Shown here in pieces: positions 9,516-21,232 of a stretch of 57,202 nucleotides of DNA. Within the stretch, counting starts at the first letter, position 1; every line of letters begins with the position of its first letter. Made by a program: the position numbers and the translations under genes. Source of the DNA: Rhodococcus sp. (in: high G+C Gram-positive bacteria) (GTDB taxonomy: Bacteria > Actinomycetota > Actinomycetes > Mycobacteriales > Mycobacteriaceae); NCBI GenBank assembly GCA_049591685.1, contig JBAWFH010000052.1; one strand, given 5' to 3'. The notes beneath the pieces are model-generated. The model was not told where the DNA came from and ran no database searches. It worked only from the letters and a program-made list of their open reading frames with translations.

Positions 9516-12053
9516 TTACTCGCCATCGTCGCCCGAGGCCTTGGCCAAGTCGATCGGAACGACGTCAGGAACACTGATCGCCTTCTTCTCGCCGCGGAAC
9601 GTGAACTTGGCGTCCTCGCCCGCGCCTTCGCCGTCCCAGTTCTCGACGTCGACCAGGATGATCTGACCTGCCTCGACCTCGCCGAAAAGAATCTTCTCGG
9701 ACAAGGCGTCTTCGATCTCACGCTGGATGGTGCGACGCAGCGGCCGCGCACCCAGTACCGGATCGAACCCGCGCTTGGCGAGAAGCGACTTCGCCTTCTC
9801 GGTGACCTCGATGCCCATGTCCTTGTTCTTGAGCGCACCCTCGACTCGGTTGAGCATGAGATCGACCATCTGAATGATCTCGTCTTTGGTGAGCTGGTGG
9901 AACACGACGATGTCGTCGATGCGGTTGAGGAACTCGGGGCGGAAGTGCTTCTTCAGCTCATCGTTGACCTTGAGTTTCATCCGCTCGTAGTTCGATCCGG
10001 TGCCCTCGCCCGAGGAGAAACCGAGGCCGACTGCCTTCGAGATGTCCGAAGTACCGAGGTTCGAGGTGAAGATCAGCACGGTGTTCTTGAAGTCGACCGT
10101 GCGTCCCTGGCCGTCGGTGAGACGACCGTCTTCGAGCACCTGTAGGAGCGTGTTGTAGATCTCCTGGTGTGCCTTTTCGATCTCGTCGAACAGCACGACG
10201 GAGAACGGCTTGCGGCGGACCTTCTCGGTGAGCTGACCGCCCTCTTCGTAGCCGACGTATCCGGGAGGCGCACCGAACAGACGCGACGCTGTGAAGCGGT
10301 CATGGAATTCACCCATGTCGATCTGGATGAGCGCGTCGTCCTCGCCGAACAGGAAGTTCGCCAGGGCCTTCGACAGCTCGGTCTTACCGACACCGGACGG
10401 GCCGGCGAAGATAAACGAGCCCGACGGACGCTTCGGGTCCTTCAGACCTGCACGCGTACGACGAATTGCCTTGGAGACGGCCTTGACTGCTTCGACCTGG
10501 CCGATGATCCGCTTGTGCAGCTCGTCTTCCATGCGGAGCAGACGGGTGGTCTCCTCCTCGGTCAGCTTGAACACCGGGATGCCGGTCCAATTGCCCAGAA
10601 CCTCGGCGATCTCGTTGTCGTCGACCTCGGCAACAACGTCGAGGTCGCCGCTGCGCCACTGCTTCTCTCGTTCAGCGCGCTGCTGGACGAGCTGCTTCTC
10701 CTTGTCGCGCAGGTTCGCAGCCTTCTCGAAGTCCTGTGCGTCGATCGCGGATTCCTTCTCCCGACGAGCGTCGGCGATCTTGTCGTCGAACTCGCGGAGG
10801 TCTGGCGGCGCAGTCATCCGACGGATGCGCATCCGTGCGCCCGCCTCGTCGATGAGGTCGATTGCCTTGTCCGGCAAGAACCGGTCGTTGATGTAACGAT
10901 CGGCCAGGGTCGCAGCGGCGACGAGAGCACCGTCGGTGATCGACACGCGGTGGTGCGCCTCGTAGCGATCACGCAGACCCTTGAGGATCTCGATCGTGTG
11001 CTCGACGGTCGGCTCCCCGACCTGCACGGGCTGGAATCGACGCTCGAGCGCTGCGTCCTTCTCGATGTACTTGCGGTACTCGTCGAGGGTGGTTGCACCG
11101 ATGGTCTGCAGTTCGCCACGAGCCAGCTTCGGCTTGAGGATCGACGCTGCGTCGATGGCACCTTCGGCCGCACCTGCACCCACGAGCGTGTGCAGCTCGT
11201 CGATGAACAGAATGATGTCGCCGCGGGTGTTGATTTCCTTGAGGACCTTCTTGAGGCGCTCTTCGAAGTCACCGCGGTAACGGCTGCCTGCGACCAGCGA
11301 ACCGAGGTCGAGAGTGTAGAGCTGCTTGTCCTTGAGCGTCTCGGGGACCTCGCCGTTGACGATGGCCTGCGCGAGACCTTCGACGACCGCGGTCTTACCG
11401 ACACCGGGTTCACCGATGAGGACGGGGTTGTTCTTGGTACGACGGCTCAGGACCTGCATGACGCGCTCGATTTCTTTCGCGCGGCCGATGACCGGATCGA
11501 GCTTGCCCTCGAGGGCGGCCTGAGTCAGGTTGCGTCCGAACTGGTCGAGGACCAGGGAGGTGGACGGGGTGCCCGCCTCGCCGCGGCTGGTGCCGGACTC
11601 GGACGGCTCCTTCCCCTGGTAGCCGGAGAGCAGCTGAATGACCTGCTGACGTACCCGGTTGAGGTCGGCTCCGAGCTTGACCAGAACCTGGGCCGCGACG
11701 CCTTCGCCTTCGCGGATCAGGCCCAGCAGAATGTGCTCGGTGCCGATGTAGTTGTGGCCGAGCTGCAGCGCCTCGCGGAGACTGAGCTCTAGGACTTTCT
11801 TGGCGCGCGGGGTGAAGGGGATATGACCGGACGGGGCCTGCTGGCCCTGGCCGATGATCTCCTCGACCTGGCTGCGGACTCCTTCAAGGGAGATACCCAG
11901 CGACTCCAGAGACTTGGCTGCAACGCCCTCACCCTCGTGGATGAGGCCGAGCAGAATGTGCTCCGTGCCGATGTAGTTGTGGTTGAGCATCCGGGCTTCT
12001 TCTTGAGCCAAGACGACAACACGCCGCGCGCGATCGGTGAACCTCTCGAACAT
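9516..12053 (-). CDS. clpC1: ATP-dependent Clp protease ATP-binding subunit
   Basis: [21 protein letters not shown]; Walker A motifs GEPGVGKT and GPSGVGKT. Confidence 0.99.
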   Translation of the reverse strand: MFERFTDRARRVVVLAQEEARMLNHNYIGTEHILLGLIHEGEGVAAKSLESLGISLEGVRSQVEEIIGQGQQAPSGHIPFTPRAKKVLELSLREALQLGHNYIGTEHILLGLIREGEGVAAQVLVKLGADLNRVRQQVIQLLSGYQGKEPSESGTSRGEAGTPSTSLVLDQFGRNLTQAALEGKLDPVIGRAKEIERVMQVLSRRTKNNPVLIGEPGVGKTAVVEGLAQAIVNGEVPETLKDKQLYTLDLGSLVAGSRYRGDFEERLKKVLKEINTRGDIILFIDELHTLVGAGAAEGAIDAASILKPKLARGELQTIGATTLDEYRKYIEKDAALERRFQPVQVGEPTVEHTIEILKGLRDRYEAHHRVSITDGALVAAATLADRYINDRFLPDKAIDLIDEAGARMRIRRMTAPPDLREFDDKIADARREKESAIDAQDFEKAANLRDKEKQLVQQRAEREKQWRSGDLDVVAEVDDNEIAEVLGNWTGIPVFKLTEEETTRLLRMEDELHKRIIGQVEAVKAVSKAIRRTRAGLKDPKRPSGSFIFAGPSGVGKTELSKALANFLFGEDDALIQIDMGEFHDRFTASRLFGAPPGYVGYEEGGQLTEKVRRKPFSVVLFDEIEKAHQEIYNTLLQVLEDGRLTDGQGRTVDFKNTVLIFTSNLGTSDISKAVGLGFSSGEGTGSNYERMKLKVNDELKKHFRPEFLNRIDDIVVFHQLTKDEIIQMVDLMLNRVEGALKNKDMGIEVTEKAKSLLAKRGFDPVLGARPLRRTIQREIEDALSEKILFGEVEAGQIILVDVENWDGEGAGEDAKFTFRGEKKAISVPDVVPIDLAKASGDDGE

Positions 12054-12321
12054 CGCTCTCCCTCACTTCTCGGCGGGTGGTAGCACGCACCCACCAGGTC
12101 TTTCCAGCACCACGGTATCTAGCAAACGGGGTCGCTCGGCATTGAAGGTAAGTCTCACGCCGACGCGGATGCGTCTGGGCCCTGTAACTCAACTGTAGTT
12201 GGCCGATGGTTCACGTGCCGACCCTCGGTCCCCGTACCGTCACCGGCGGTGCCGACGCGGGTTCCTTGATGCCTGCTTACCGTTCATAACGCGAGCGCAA
12301 ACGAAAACGTTTCCAATTTCC

Positions 12322-12340
12322 TGTCCGCTGGTGGCGAACA
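12322..12340 (-). promoter_or_regulatory. ClgR operator upstream of clpC1, followed by an ECF-sigma (SigH/SigE/SigR-type) promoter-like sequence
   Basis: Minus strand reads tGTTCGC-cacca-GCGgaca, matching the actinobacterial ClgR box GTTCGC-N5-GCG. GGAAAC-N17-CGTT follows immediately downstream. Confidence 0.7.
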
Positions 12341-12366
12341 GGACGCGGAAGTGGTAACCGCGCCGG

Positions 12367-13902
12367 TCAGGACTGCGGCTTGACGATGGGGAAGAGGATC
12401 GTGTCGCGAATTCCCAATCCTGTCAGCGCCATCAGCAGGCGATCGATTCCCATTCCAGTTCCGGTGGTGGGCGGCATTCCCTGTTCCATCGCGGCGAGGA
12501 AGTCCTCGTCGAGCACCATCGCCTCGTCGTCACCTGCCGCCGCCTGACGTGCCTGGTCCTCGAACCGTTCACGCTGGATGACCGGGTCGACCAGCTCGGA
12601 GTATCCCGTTGCCAGTTCGAAACCGCGGACGTAGAGGTCCCACTTCTCCGTCACACCCGGCTTGCTGCGGTGCTGACGGGTGAGCGGCGACGTCTCCACC
12701 GGAAAGTCACGCACGAACGTCGGGGCGGACAGACCGTCGCCGACCTGGTTCTCCCACAGCTCCTCGATGAGCTTGCCGTGGCCGTAGATCGGCTTGCCGT
12801 CCTTGCGGGGTACCTCGAGACCGACCCGCTCTGCGAGCTCGAGCAGTTCCGTGACGGTGGTGTCCGGGGTGACGGTGACGCCGATGGCCTCGGACAGCGA
12901 CGAATACATTTCCAGCGTCGTCCACTCACCGCTCAGGTCGTACGTGGTTCCGTCGGGCAGCAGCACGATCTGCGTTCCGAGTGCTGCCTGCGCAACTTCT
13001 TGGATCAGTTCGCGGGTCATTTGCGCGGAGTCGTCGTACGTGCCGTATGCCTCGTAGGTTTCGAGCATCGCGAACTCCGGCGAGTGCGACGAGTCCGAGC
13101 CCTCGTTGCGGAAGTTCCGGTTGATCTCGAACACCTTCTCGATGCCGCCCACGACGCAACGCTTGAGAAACAGTTCGGGCGCAATCCGTAGATACAGGTC
13201 TGTGTCGAGGGCATTCGAGTGTGTGACGAACGGCCGTGCCGCTGCGCCGCCGTGCAGGGTCTGCAGCATCGGGGTCTCGACTTCGAGGAAGCCGCGTCGT
13301 TCGAGAGCGCTGCGCAATTCGCGAACGACAGCGATGCGTTTACGGGCGACCTCGCGCGCCTCGGGTCGAGTGATCAGGTCGAGGTAGCGCTGCCGAATGC
13401 GCGTTTCCTCGTTGAGCTCTTTGTGCGCGACGGGCAACGGCCGCAGCGCCTTGGAGGCCATCTGCCACGAATCGGCCATGACACTGAGCTCGCCGCGGCG
13501 GCTGCTGATGACTTCACCGTGCGCGAACACGAAGTCACCGAGATCGACGTCGGACTTCCACGAGGCAAGCGCGTCTTCTCCGACGCCCGCGAGGCTGATC
13601 ATCGCCTGCAGCTGAGTGCCGTCACCCTCCTGCAGTGTCGCGAAGCAGAGCTTGCCCGTGTTCCTGACGAAGATGACGCGTCCGACGACGCCGACGGGAT
13701 GACCCGTCGCGGTGTCGGCTTCCAGATCGGGATACAGGTCGCGAATCTCACGCAGCGAATGCGTACGAGCGACGGACACCGGATAGGCCTCCCGCCCCTG
13801 CTCCAGCAGTCGGTCCCGCTTGGCACGACGAATCCGCATCTGTTCAGGGGAATCGGCCTGTTCCAGAGTGTCGTCGACGGTGGGGGTAGCTGCATCAGTC
13901 AC
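12367..13902 (-). CDS. lysS: lysyl-tRNA synthetase (class II)
   Basis: [51 protein letters not shown]. Confidence 0.99.
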   Translation of the reverse strand: MTDAATPTVDDTLEQADSPEQMRIRRAKRDRLLEQGREAYPVSVARTHSLREIRDLYPDLEADTATGHPVGVVGRVIFVRNTGKLCFATLQEGDGTQLQAMISLAGVGEDALASWKSDVDLGDFVFAHGEVISSRRGELSVMADSWQMASKALRPLPVAHKELNEETRIRQRYLDLITRPEAREVARKRIAVVRELRSALERRGFLEVETPMLQTLHGGAAARPFVTHSNALDTDLYLRIAPELFLKRCVVGGIEKVFEINRNFRNEGSDSSHSPEFAMLETYEAYGTYDDSAQMTRELIQEVAQAALGTQIVLLPDGTTYDLSGEWTTLEMYSSLSEAIGVTVTPDTTVTELLELAERVGLEVPRKDGKPIYGHGKLIEELWENQVGDGLSAPTFVRDFPVETSPLTRQHRSKPGVTEKWDLYVRGFELATGYSELVDPVIQRERFEDQARQAAAGDDEAMVLDEDFLAAMEQGMPPTTGTGMGIDRLLMALTGLGIRDTILFPIVKPQS

Positions 13903-13956
13903 AGCCGCACACTTTATCCGCCACGTGCGACAAACGAGAATCAGAGCGCGCGAGAA

Positions 13957-14379
13957 TCAGTGCGCGGTGACGGCCTCTGCCTCGCGCACGCAGTGCCTGG
14001 CCTTGGACAGCACGCCGAGCAGACCGGCAGATTTGAGCGCCTGGTAGCCGCCTGCCAGATCGGTCGCTTTGGCCAATCCCAGTTCTTGCAACGATGCCGC
14101 CGCGAGACTCGAGGTGTAGCCCTCGGAGCAGATGACAATCCACTCCACGTCGTGATCGACGGCGGCTGCGAGGCGCGCGTCGCTCGTCGGGTCGAGACGC
14201 CACTCGAGGACGTTGCGTTCGATGGCGAGTGCGCCCGGCAGTGTTCCCTCGACGGCGCGCTGCGCCTGCGGACGGATGTCGACAACGATGGCCCCGCGGG
14301 CGACGGCGTCGCGTAGCTCGAACACGGTCAGGCGGTCGATTCGGTCACGCGCCTGCTCCAACATTTCGACGATGGTCAT
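13957..14379 (-). CDS. rhodanese-like sulfurtransferase
   Basis: VDIRP, active-site loop CSEGYTS, DLAGGYQA; coupled to the upstream gene by an ATGA overlap. Confidence 0.9.
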   Translation of the reverse strand: MTIVEMLEQARDRIDRLTVFELRDAVARGAIVVDIRPQAQRAVEGTLPGALAIERNVLEWRLDPTSDARLAAAVDHDVEWIVICSEGYTSSLAAASLQELGLAKATDLAGGYQALKSAGLLGVLSKARHCVREAEAVTAH

Positions 14380-14936
14380 TTCGAACGTCCTTCGGGCTCG
14401 TCGGTCAGCTCTGTGCGGGTTCGGCGCAGACGCGAACCACCGGTCACTTCGTAGTACGACATCGCCGTCAGCGGCGGCGAGTAAGCATGAACGCTGAGAG
14501 TCGGCAACTGCGAGTGCGCGGCCGGCTCAGGAGCTCGCATCACATCGTGAACCCACCCGAGCGGGAACGAGGCCTGGTCGCCTACGTCCAACCGTCGGCG
14601 CTCCAAAGAATTGCCGGTCCAACGATATTCGACGAGTGATCCACTGAGGACCGTCAATGCGCCGAGGGAGCCGGCGTGGTCGTGCAGTTCGGTCGAGAGG
14701 TCGGCGGCCCAATTGATGATCCACACGTCGACGTCGTCGTCGGAGTGCAATCTGGTGGACCAGCGTTCGTTGCAAGGCCAGATCCCACCAGCGGGCAGCA
14801 GGTGATCGAAGCGGCCGTCGAGCACGTCGGACGCGCCCTGATCGGCAATACGCAACAGGTCGTGGGGCCGCAAGCGAGTCGGCAGAACCGAGTGGGAAAC
14901 GGACGGAGATCCAGAAAATACAGGTGTGGAAAGCAC
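14376..14936 (-). CDS. cysteine dioxygenase family (cupin thiol dioxygenase)
   Basis: 3-His site TELHDHAGS...WVHDV and SVHAYSPPL. Confidence 0.9.
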   Translation of the reverse strand: MLSTPVFSGSPSVSHSVLPTRLRPHDLLRIADQGASDVLDGRFDHLLPAGGIWPCNERWSTRLHSDDDVDVWIINWAADLSTELHDHAGSLGALTVLSGSLVEYRWTGNSLERRRLDVGDQASFPLGWVHDVMRAPEPAAHSQLPTLSVHAYSPPLTAMSYYEVTGGSRLRRTRTELTDEPEGRSK

Positions 14937-14976
14937 GGGAAGGTACTCCAGGGTCGGTGATAGGACGAGGCAGCGG

Positions 14977-15015
14977 TCAGCCTCGACAACACTCCTGGGG
15001 TCCCATGCACGACAT
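14977..15015 (-). CDS. Cys-rich leaderless leader peptide MSCMGPQECCRG (candidate cysteine-sensing attenuator)
   Basis: TATCTT -10 at 15028-15023 lies 7 nt before the ATG; 3 of 12 codons are Cys, including adjacent CC; ends 40 bp before cysteine dioxygenase. Confidence 0.7.
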   Translation of the reverse strand: MSCMGPQECCRG

Positions 15016-15032
15016 CACGGGAAAGATACTGG

Positions 15033-15117
15033 CACAGCACCGCGCATTTGGCCAGCGCAGCGCATTTGGCCAGCACCGCGCATGCGGCCGGCGCAGCACA
15101 TGCGGCCGGCGCATCAT
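15033..15117. repeat. degenerate ~18-bp tandem repeat (x~4-5)
   Basis: cagcaccgcgcatttggc / cagcgcagcgcatttggc / cagcaccgcgcatgcggc / cggcgcagcacatgcggc. Confidence 0.8.
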
Positions 15118-15145
15118 CTTTGGCAGGGCTCGGCTACCGAGCCAC

Positions 15146-15949
15146 CTAGGGCCTCGTCCTTCGTTTGGCCAGGTTGCGCTCGTACACCAGGCGCAGACCT
15201 TCCAGCGTGAGATCCGGCTCGTGGTGTTCGATCGCCGAACTCTCGGCCATGACGAGCGGCGCACTGTCGCCGGTTCCAATGACCGCCACGTCGCTGCCGG
15301 AGAACTCGGGCAGCTCACGACGAATCCGTCCGACAAGGCCGTCCACCAGGCCCGCGAAGCCGAACACAGCCCCTGCCTGCATGCATTCGACGGTATTCTT
15401 ACCGACCACCGAGCGCGGGCGGATCAGCTCCACCTCACGCAGCGCAGCCGAACGCGAACTCATCGCGGCCGCAGAGATCTCCAGCCCCGGCGCGATGGCA
15501 CCTCCGAGAAATTCACCCTTGGCAGACACCACATCCACACACGTCGTGGTCCCGAAATCGACAACGATGCAGGCAGTTCCGTACAGATCGTGCGCGGCAA
15601 GGGTGTTGACTATTCGGTCTGCGCCGACCTCCTTCGGGTTGTCGACGAGCAGCGGAACACCCGTTCGCACACCGGGTTCCACGACTACGTGGGGCACGTG
15701 CTTCCAGTAGCGGTTCAACATCGTTCGCATCTCACGCAGCACCGACGGAACCGTCGACAGAGCCGAGACCCCGGTGATCTGGTCTACATCGTTGCCCAGC
15801 AAGCCGCGCAGCATCAGCGCCAGCTCATCTGCGGTGACCCGCGGGTCCGTACGCATCCGCCAGTCCCGCAACAACTTCGCGTGATCCCCGCTCCCGGTGA
15901 ACGAACCGAGCGTCATCGACGTGTTGCGGATGTCGACCGCGAGAAGCAT
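15146..15949 (-). CDS. coaX: type III pantothenate kinase
   Basis: [34 protein letters not shown]. Confidence 0.96.
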   Translation of the reverse strand: MLLAVDIRNTSMTLGSFTGSGDHAKLLRDWRMRTDPRVTADELALMLRGLLGNDVDQITGVSALSTVPSVLREMRTMLNRYWKHVPHVVVEPGVRTGVPLLVDNPKEVGADRIVNTLAAHDLYGTACIVVDFGTTTCVDVVSAKGEFLGGAIAPGLEISAAAMSSRSAALREVELIRPRSVVGKNTVECMQAGAVFGFAGLVDGLVGRIRRELPEFSGSDVAVIGTGDSAPLVMAESSAIEHHEPDLTLEGLRLVYERNLAKRRTRP

Positions 15950-15951
15950 CG

Positions 15952-16383
15952 CTACACCAGCACGGAGTCTGCGCGCAGCGTTCGAGGCGTGATCAGGCCC
16001 GAGCCCTCCGGCGCATGAGCCGGATCGGTGCCGAGCTCGACGGGCTTGTTGCGACTGTCGACGAACACCACGTGCGGCGCATAATCGGCCACCTCCTGCT
16101 CGTTCATCACGCCGTAGGCGATCAGGATGACCAAGTCACCAGGGTTGACGAGATGAGCTGCTGCACCGTTGATTCCGATGACACCACTGCCGCGCTCACC
16201 GGTGATGACATACGTCTCGAGGCGTGCACCGTTGTCGATGTCGACGATCGTCACCTGCTCGCCCTCCAGCAGATCCGCCGCCTCCATCAGATCCTGGTCC
16301 ACCGTAACCGAACCCACGTAGTGAAGATCGGCGTGCGTGACGGTAGCCCGGTGGATCTTCGACTTCATCATCGTGCGAAACAT
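15952..16383 (-). CDS. panD: aspartate 1-decarboxylase
   Basis: [25 protein letters not shown] (autocleavage GS), [16 protein letters not shown] aggagagg. Confidence 0.98.
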   Translation of the reverse strand: MFRTMMKSKIHRATVTHADLHYVGSVTVDQDLMEAADLLEGEQVTIVDIDNGARLETYVITGERGSGVIGINGAAAHLVNPGDLVILIAYGVMNEQEVADYAPHVVFVDSRNKPVELGTDPAHAPEGSGLITPRTLRADSVLV

Positions 16384-16432
16384 GGTGTTACCTCTCCTGT
16401 ATGAGTTCTGTGGTTCGAATACCGAACTGCCG

Positions 16433-17335
16433 TCATTCCGCAGGCTCCACTCCGGCTTCCAGAAAGCCCGTTCCGACGGCAACACCGACGTTGTCGATCA
16501 GCCTCGTCGTACCGATCTTGGCAGCGACCAGCAGTCGGCCGTCGCCGCGCTCCGGTGCCGGACCTAGATCGACGCCGCGGACCTCCAGGTAGTCGACCTT
16601 CGCCTCGGGGACCGCTTCCAGTACGCCTCGGGCGGTGGCAACGATGGCGTCCGCTCCCCCGGCTGCTGCGTGCGCGCCCGCCACCAGCGCGGCCGAGAGA
16701 ACCATCGCAACTTGTCGCTGAGCTGGGTCGAGGTAGCGGTTGCGTGACGACAGCGCGAGACCGTCCTGCTCACGGACTGTCGGGACCCCGAAGATTTTGA
16801 CGTCGAAATTCAGGTCGCGCACCATCTGCCTGATCAACGTCAACTGCTGATAGTCCTTCTCGCCGAAGTAGGCCGCGTGCGGCGCCGCGATCTGCAAGAG
16901 CTTGGCTACGACGGTGAGCATTCCCGCGAAATGCGCGGGCCGCGAGGCACCTTCGAGTTCGTTTCCCAGCGGACCGGGGTGCACGGTGGTCCGCGGACCA
17001 CTCGGGTACATGTCGGACGCCGACGGAGCGAAGACCAGCTCGACGCCCTCCTCGCGCAACAACTCCACGTCGGCGTCGAGAGTCCGCGGATATGCGTCGA
17101 GGTCTTCGTTCTCGCCGAACTGCAGCGGGTTGACGAAAATCGATACGATCACCACGGCGCCCGTCAGCTTGGCTTGCCGGACGAGATGGATGTGCCCGGC
17201 GTGCAGCGCACCCATCGTCGGGACGAGAGCAACGGTCTTGCCTACGGCGCGAAGGGCTTTGGATACCGAGGTGACCACGGACGGATCATGATGAACCGTC
17301 AGCGATCCCGCGGTGAAACTCCCTGCGAGCGTCAC
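16433..17335 (-). CDS. panC: pantoate--beta-alanine ligase
   Basis: [41 protein letters not shown]. Confidence 0.98.
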   Translation of the reverse strand: MTLAGSFTAGSLTVHHDPSVVTSVSKALRAVGKTVALVPTMGALHAGHIHLVRQAKLTGAVVIVSIFVNPLQFGENEDLDAYPRTLDADVELLREEGVELVFAPSASDMYPSGPRTTVHPGPLGNELEGASRPAHFAGMLTVVAKLLQIAAPHAAYFGEKDYQQLTLIRQMVRDLNFDVKIFGVPTVREQDGLALSSRNRYLDPAQRQVAMVLSAALVAGAHAAAGGADAIVATARGVLEAVPEAKVDYLEVRGVDLGPAPERGDGRLLVAAKIGTTRLIDNVGVAVGTGFLEAGVEPAE

Positions 17336-18312
17336 TGTTCACCTTCCAGAAAGTCGACGAGTTCGGCTGAGGAGCCGACTCGTTGGGCCGACCGCAACGA
17401 CAATGCGCGATATCCGGCTGCGATACGGGGGTCGACGTCACCGAGGACGTCGAGGTGTGTGCGGACTGCTGCGACATCGCCCCGCGCGACGGGACCCGTC
17501 AGTGCAGCCTGTCCACGTCGGAGAGCATTCTCCAGCGCCGCGGTCACCAGCGGAGCCAAAACCCGTTGCGCCACAGCACGATGCACATCACCACGAAGGC
17601 TGCGATCCAGACTCGACTCGCTGTCCGTTCCCGGAAAGCCCGGCCCGTCCAGTGCGACACCCAGCGCATCGACGGAGTCGGCGATCAGTGTCACGAGATG
17701 ATTGGATCCGTGGGCCAGCGCCGCGTGGTACAGCGCGCGGTGAGCTTCGGCAACGTGCACGGGCTCGCCCCCGAGTTCGAGCACGAGTGCCTGAGCAACC
17801 GCATACCCGATGTCGTCCGCCGCGGTGATTCCGAAGCAGGCAGTGGCGAGGCGGTCGGTGTCCTCTGGATGCCCGGTGAACGTCATCGCCGGATGAATGG
17901 CCAACGGGATTGCACCGAGCGCGGCGAGCGGTTCGAGAACGGCGACGCCGTTGGCGCCTGAGGTGTGTACGACGAGTTTGCCCGGGGCGATGGCCCCCGT
18001 CGCGGCAAGTCCGGCGGCAATGGAGGCAAGTTCGGTGTCCGGAACTGCTAGCACCAGCAGCTCGGCACGCCGCACGACCTCGTCGACGGGCAGTACCTGG
18101 GAATCGGGCAGCCGGGTGCGCGCGCGGTGACGCGACTCTTCCGACACCGCGGAGCAGCCGACGACCAGGTGTCCGACGCGCTCGAGCGCCTCGCCGAGTG
18201 CCGTACCCACTCGACCAGCAGACACGATTCCCACCGTCAAACGGGCAGGAGCAGGATCCACAGTCAAGGGGGATGGTTCGCCGGCTCCACTCCTGAACTC
18301 AGGTGAGGTCAC
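17332..18312 (-). CDS. Rossmann-like + DUF2520 protein (Rv3603c/PanG-like oxidoreductase)
   Basis: [34 protein letters not shown]; first gene of the pan operon; GTG start behind gagagga. Confidence 0.88.
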   Translation of the reverse strand: MTSPEFRSGAGEPSPLTVDPAPARLTVGIVSAGRVGTALGEALERVGHLVVGCSAVSEESRHRARTRLPDSQVLPVDEVVRRAELLVLAVPDTELASIAAGLAATGAIAPGKLVVHTSGANGVAVLEPLAALGAIPLAIHPAMTFTGHPEDTDRLATACFGITAADDIGYAVAQALVLELGGEPVHVAEAHRALYHAALAHGSNHLVTLIADSVDALGVALDGPGFPGTDSESSLDRSLRGDVHRAVAQRVLAPLVTAALENALRRGQAALTGPVARGDVAAVRTHLDVLGDVDPRIAAGYRALSLRSAQRVGSSAELVDFLEGEQ

Positions 18313-18451
18313 CGAAAATTTCCTCTCGTTCGTTCCAGTCCCGCTCTGCGGGTACCAGACGTCCTTGCACGAGGATAGCGGTCGCGCAGCGGTGTCGGCC
18401 ATGCCGTACGAGGTGATCTACTTCACCACCAGGGCCGAGCGCGCTAAGCGG

Positions 18452-19786
18452 TCAGTCCGCGCGCCTACGGTGACGACGCTCGGTGGTTCCAGTGCTCCCC
18501 GACTGCAGGCCGGCCATGATCTCGGCTACCGAACGACCGTTGCTGTGGGCACCGGAGGTACCCGTTGCGTCCGGTTCGGCGCGGCGTCGGCGTCGCGGGG
18601 AGGGCTCGGGCAGATCCCACTGATTCGATTCGGGCGCGGGTTCTTGTTCGGGCGCGGCTTCCGGATCGGGCGCGGCTTCCGGCTCGGGCGCGGGGTCCGG
18701 TTCGGCCACGGGAACCGCATCGTCGACGACGACGGCATCGGTGACGGGCGTCGACTGCTCGGGCGAGCTGTCCGAAGAGGCGGGTTCGGCAACCGAAACG
18801 CTCGGCGCGACGGCTTCCTCCTCGACGGGCTCCCGCTCTGCAACATCCGGCCTCGAGTTGTCCGGTACGAAACTCGCTCGCGGCGGGGTCGGCGTACGGC
18901 GCTGCTGGCGCTGGTCGGACCCCGAAAAGGATGCGGGCACGGGACGGTGCGATGGAGCCTGGGTCGACGCTCCCTCGCTCGACACTGCCTCGCTCGACAC
19001 TGCCTCGCTCGACACTGCCTCGTTCGACACTGCTTCGTTCGGTGCTGCTGCACGGGCTGTCGTCCGCGGGGTGTAGCCGGCCGGGATTTCGTCTCCGATG
19101 GGCACGTCCGGGTACAGCACCGACGTCTCGGCGGTCACCGGCTCGTCGTACGGGGTGGCGAGACCGGGAACGACGGCGTCGGAGGGCCGGTCAGCGCCCT
19201 GTCCACCGCTGTTCTGTCCACCGTTTTGTCCACCATTGTTCTGTTCCGTGCCCGGACGGCCGGGGACGTAGAGGCCCGACGGGGCGGGCTGGTAGCCGTC
19301 GTAATTGCGGCCGCCGCCGATCTCCTGCATACGAACTGCTTCTGCTCGCAGTGCGACGCGTTCGGTGGGGAGGTTGCCGTCGAAGAGCACCTGGAGGTTG
19401 TTGCGCAGGTGGGCGAGCTCGGCGCGCAGTGCCGCGACCTCGTTGGTGTCGAGTTGCACTTCGCTGCGGACGCGGGCTTCGACGCTCAACTCGTACTCAC
19501 GGCGAGCCGAGATCTCACGGGCGAGCTGTAGTTCGTAGACGGTCTGAAGGTCCTTGGCTCTTGTCTGGTCGGCCACGGCTTCGCGCCGGTACTTCGTCAT
19601 GGCGAAGGCGCCGACGATAGCTGCCCACAGTGCGGATACCAGGCCGACTCGGAGCCACTGAATATTTTCGCTGAACAGTAGGAGGACGCTTGCCGCGATA
19701 CCGAACACGACCAAGGCTGCGATGAACAGCTGGCTCGCACTCCGCTTCGGACGGCGGCCGGCCTTCGCGCGAGTCGATTCGGTCAT
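18452..19786 (-). CDS. Rv3604c-like membrane protein (DUF6779) with low-complexity C-terminus
   Basis: Two TM helices, YELQLAREISARREYEL, GAHSNGRSVAEIM; syntenic position. Confidence 0.85.
   Translation of the reverse strand: MTESTRAKAGRRPKRSASQLFIAALVVFGIAASVLLLFSENIQWLRVGLVSALWAAIVGAFAMTKYRREAVADQTRAKDLQTVYELQLAREISARREYELSVEARVRSEVQLDTNEVAALRAELAHLRNNLQVLFDGNLPTERVALRAEAVRMQEIGGGRNYDGYQPAPSGLYVPGRPGTEQNNGGQNGGQNSGGQGADRPSDAVVPGLATPYDEPVTAETSVLYPDVPIGDEIPAGYTPRTTARAAAPNEAVSNEAVSSEAVSSEAVSSEGASTQAPSHRPVPASFSGSDQRQQRRTPTPPRASFVPDNSRPDVAEREPVEEEAVAPSVSVAEPASSDSSPEQSTPVTDAVVVDDAVPVAEPDPAPEPEAAPDPEAAPEQEPAPESNQWDLPEPSPRRRRRAEPDATGTSGAHSNGRSVAEIMAGLQSGSTGTTERRHRRRAD
18973..19040. repeat. in-frame 15-bp tandem repeat encoding (EAVS[SN])n
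   Basis: cctcgctcgacactg x~4.5. Confidence 0.9.
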
Positions 19787-19872
19787 GCCAACCAGGGTAA
19801 CCGGCGAAGGCCCGGTCATCGCTCAACCGGGGAAGGCGGTTCGTTCCGGCACCGTAGTGAGAACTCCCAGCG

Positions 19873-20340
19873 TCAGGCTTCGTGGTTATCTTTCGGGGCC
19901 CGGCAACACTGCTCGAGCCACACAGCCGATGCGACGAGTGCGATGCCCGCGATCAGTCCGACTACCGCACCGGCTCGGTCCTCGGACGCTGCGCGCACGG
20001 TCGACGCCATCGGCGCGATGTGCAGCAGGAATCCGATCCACACTCCCGTCACCGCGGCGCCGACGAGCGCTGAGGCTTTGGCCAGCGCCAATGCACGGGC
20101 GGCGGTGATCGGGTGGAGCTGGTGTGGGCCGTCGCCCACCCGCCTGTCGGCGATGCGTGCACGGACGTAGAACCCGAGAACAACCTCGCCCAGTGCGACG
20201 GGGTAGAGCGATGCGCCGGCAACGACCGAGATCGGTGGCAGCGACCCGTAGAACGATCGCACCAGCAACCACGCCGCGACTGCCGCGACGACGCACAGCC
20301 CGGCGAGGTCCCGGATTCTCGTCGCCTTCATGTCGTTCAT
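19873..20340 (-). CDS. DUF3180 membrane protein (Rv3605c-like)
   Basis: TRIRDL...LHPITAARALALAKASA...WLEQCCRAP; ATGA overlap with folK. Confidence 0.88.
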   Translation of the reverse strand: MNDMKATRIRDLAGLCVVAAVAAWLLVRSFYGSLPPISVVAGASLYPVALGEVVLGFYVRARIADRRVGDGPHQLHPITAARALALAKASALVGAAVTGVWIGFLLHIAPMASTVRAASEDRAGAVVGLIAGIALVASAVWLEQCCRAPKDNHEA

Positions 20341-20867
20341 CCGGACGTGTCCAGGGTCATGTCGGTCGGGCGCACACCAGACTTCTCCTTGTGGTCGAGG
20401 CCCGCGAGCCACTGCTTCACAGGCCGGCGATCCTCACCGACTGCCAACGATGCGTCCGGCTCGACGTCGAGCCACGGTGCGAGAACGAAAGCGCGCTGGT
20501 GCGCGCGCGGATGCGGCAACAACAGCTCCGGATCGGCGCTGACGACGTCATCGCCGTCATCGCCCTCGTTGCGACACACAACCAGGTCGACATCGAGACT
20601 TCGCGGGCCCCACCGCTGTACACGCACTCGTTCTGCCGCCGTCTCGCATCCGCGGGCGAACTGCAACCACTCGTACGGGCCGCGGTTCGAATCCTGCGCA
20701 ACGACGACTGCGTTGAGGAAGTCATGCTGTTCGACGCCTCCCCACGGCGCCGACGAGTACACCGGCGATGCGGTCAGCAGGTGGTCGCCGAGCGCCTCGG
20801 TGACGGATCGCAGGTGTGCGAGAGAGTCGCCGACGTTGCTCCCGATGGACAGGACAACCGTCGTCAT
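20337..20867 (-). CDS. folK: 2-amino-4-hydroxy-6-hydroxymethyldihydropteridine diphosphokinase
   Basis: [36 protein letters not shown]. Confidence 0.97.
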   Translation of the reverse strand: MTTVVLSIGSNVGDSLAHLRSVTEALGDHLLTASPVYSSAPWGGVEQHDFLNAVVVAQDSNRGPYEWLQFARGCETAAERVRVQRWGPRSLDVDLVVCRNEGDDGDDVVSADPELLLPHPRAHQRAFVLAPWLDVEPDASLAVGEDRRPVKQWLAGLDHKEKSGVRPTDMTLDTSG

Positions 20868-21232
20868 GCGGCCGTCCGGGTTCGGTGGGCCACGACGGCC
20901 ACATCGCGGAATTCGAGCGGAATCGGAGCCGAGGGCTTGTGCAGCACCACCTCGACGGCGTCGACCCTCTCATCGGCCATGACCCCGTCGGCGATCTCCG
21001 CGGCGACCGTCTCGATGAGGTCGCGCGAAGGCCCGGAGATTATTGCCGCCGCTGCTTCGGCAAGTTCTCCGTAGTGCAGCGTTCGGGTCAGGTCGTCGGA
21101 TGCCGCGGCCGGCCGCAGATCCATCCACACGGTGATGTCCACGACGAAGTCCTGACCATCTCGCTTCTCGAAATCGAAGACGCCGTGATTGCCGCGCACT
21201 TTCAGTCCGCAAAGTTCGATTCGGTCACTCAT
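20864..21232 (-). CDS. folB: dihydroneopterin aldolase
   Basis: [32 protein letters not shown]. Confidence 0.97.
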   Translation of the reverse strand: MSDRIELCGLKVRGNHGVFDFEKRDGQDFVVDITVWMDLRPAAASDDLTRTLHYGELAEAAAAIISGPSRDLIETVAAEIADGVMADERVDAVEVVLHKPSAPIPLEFRDVAVVAHRTRTAA

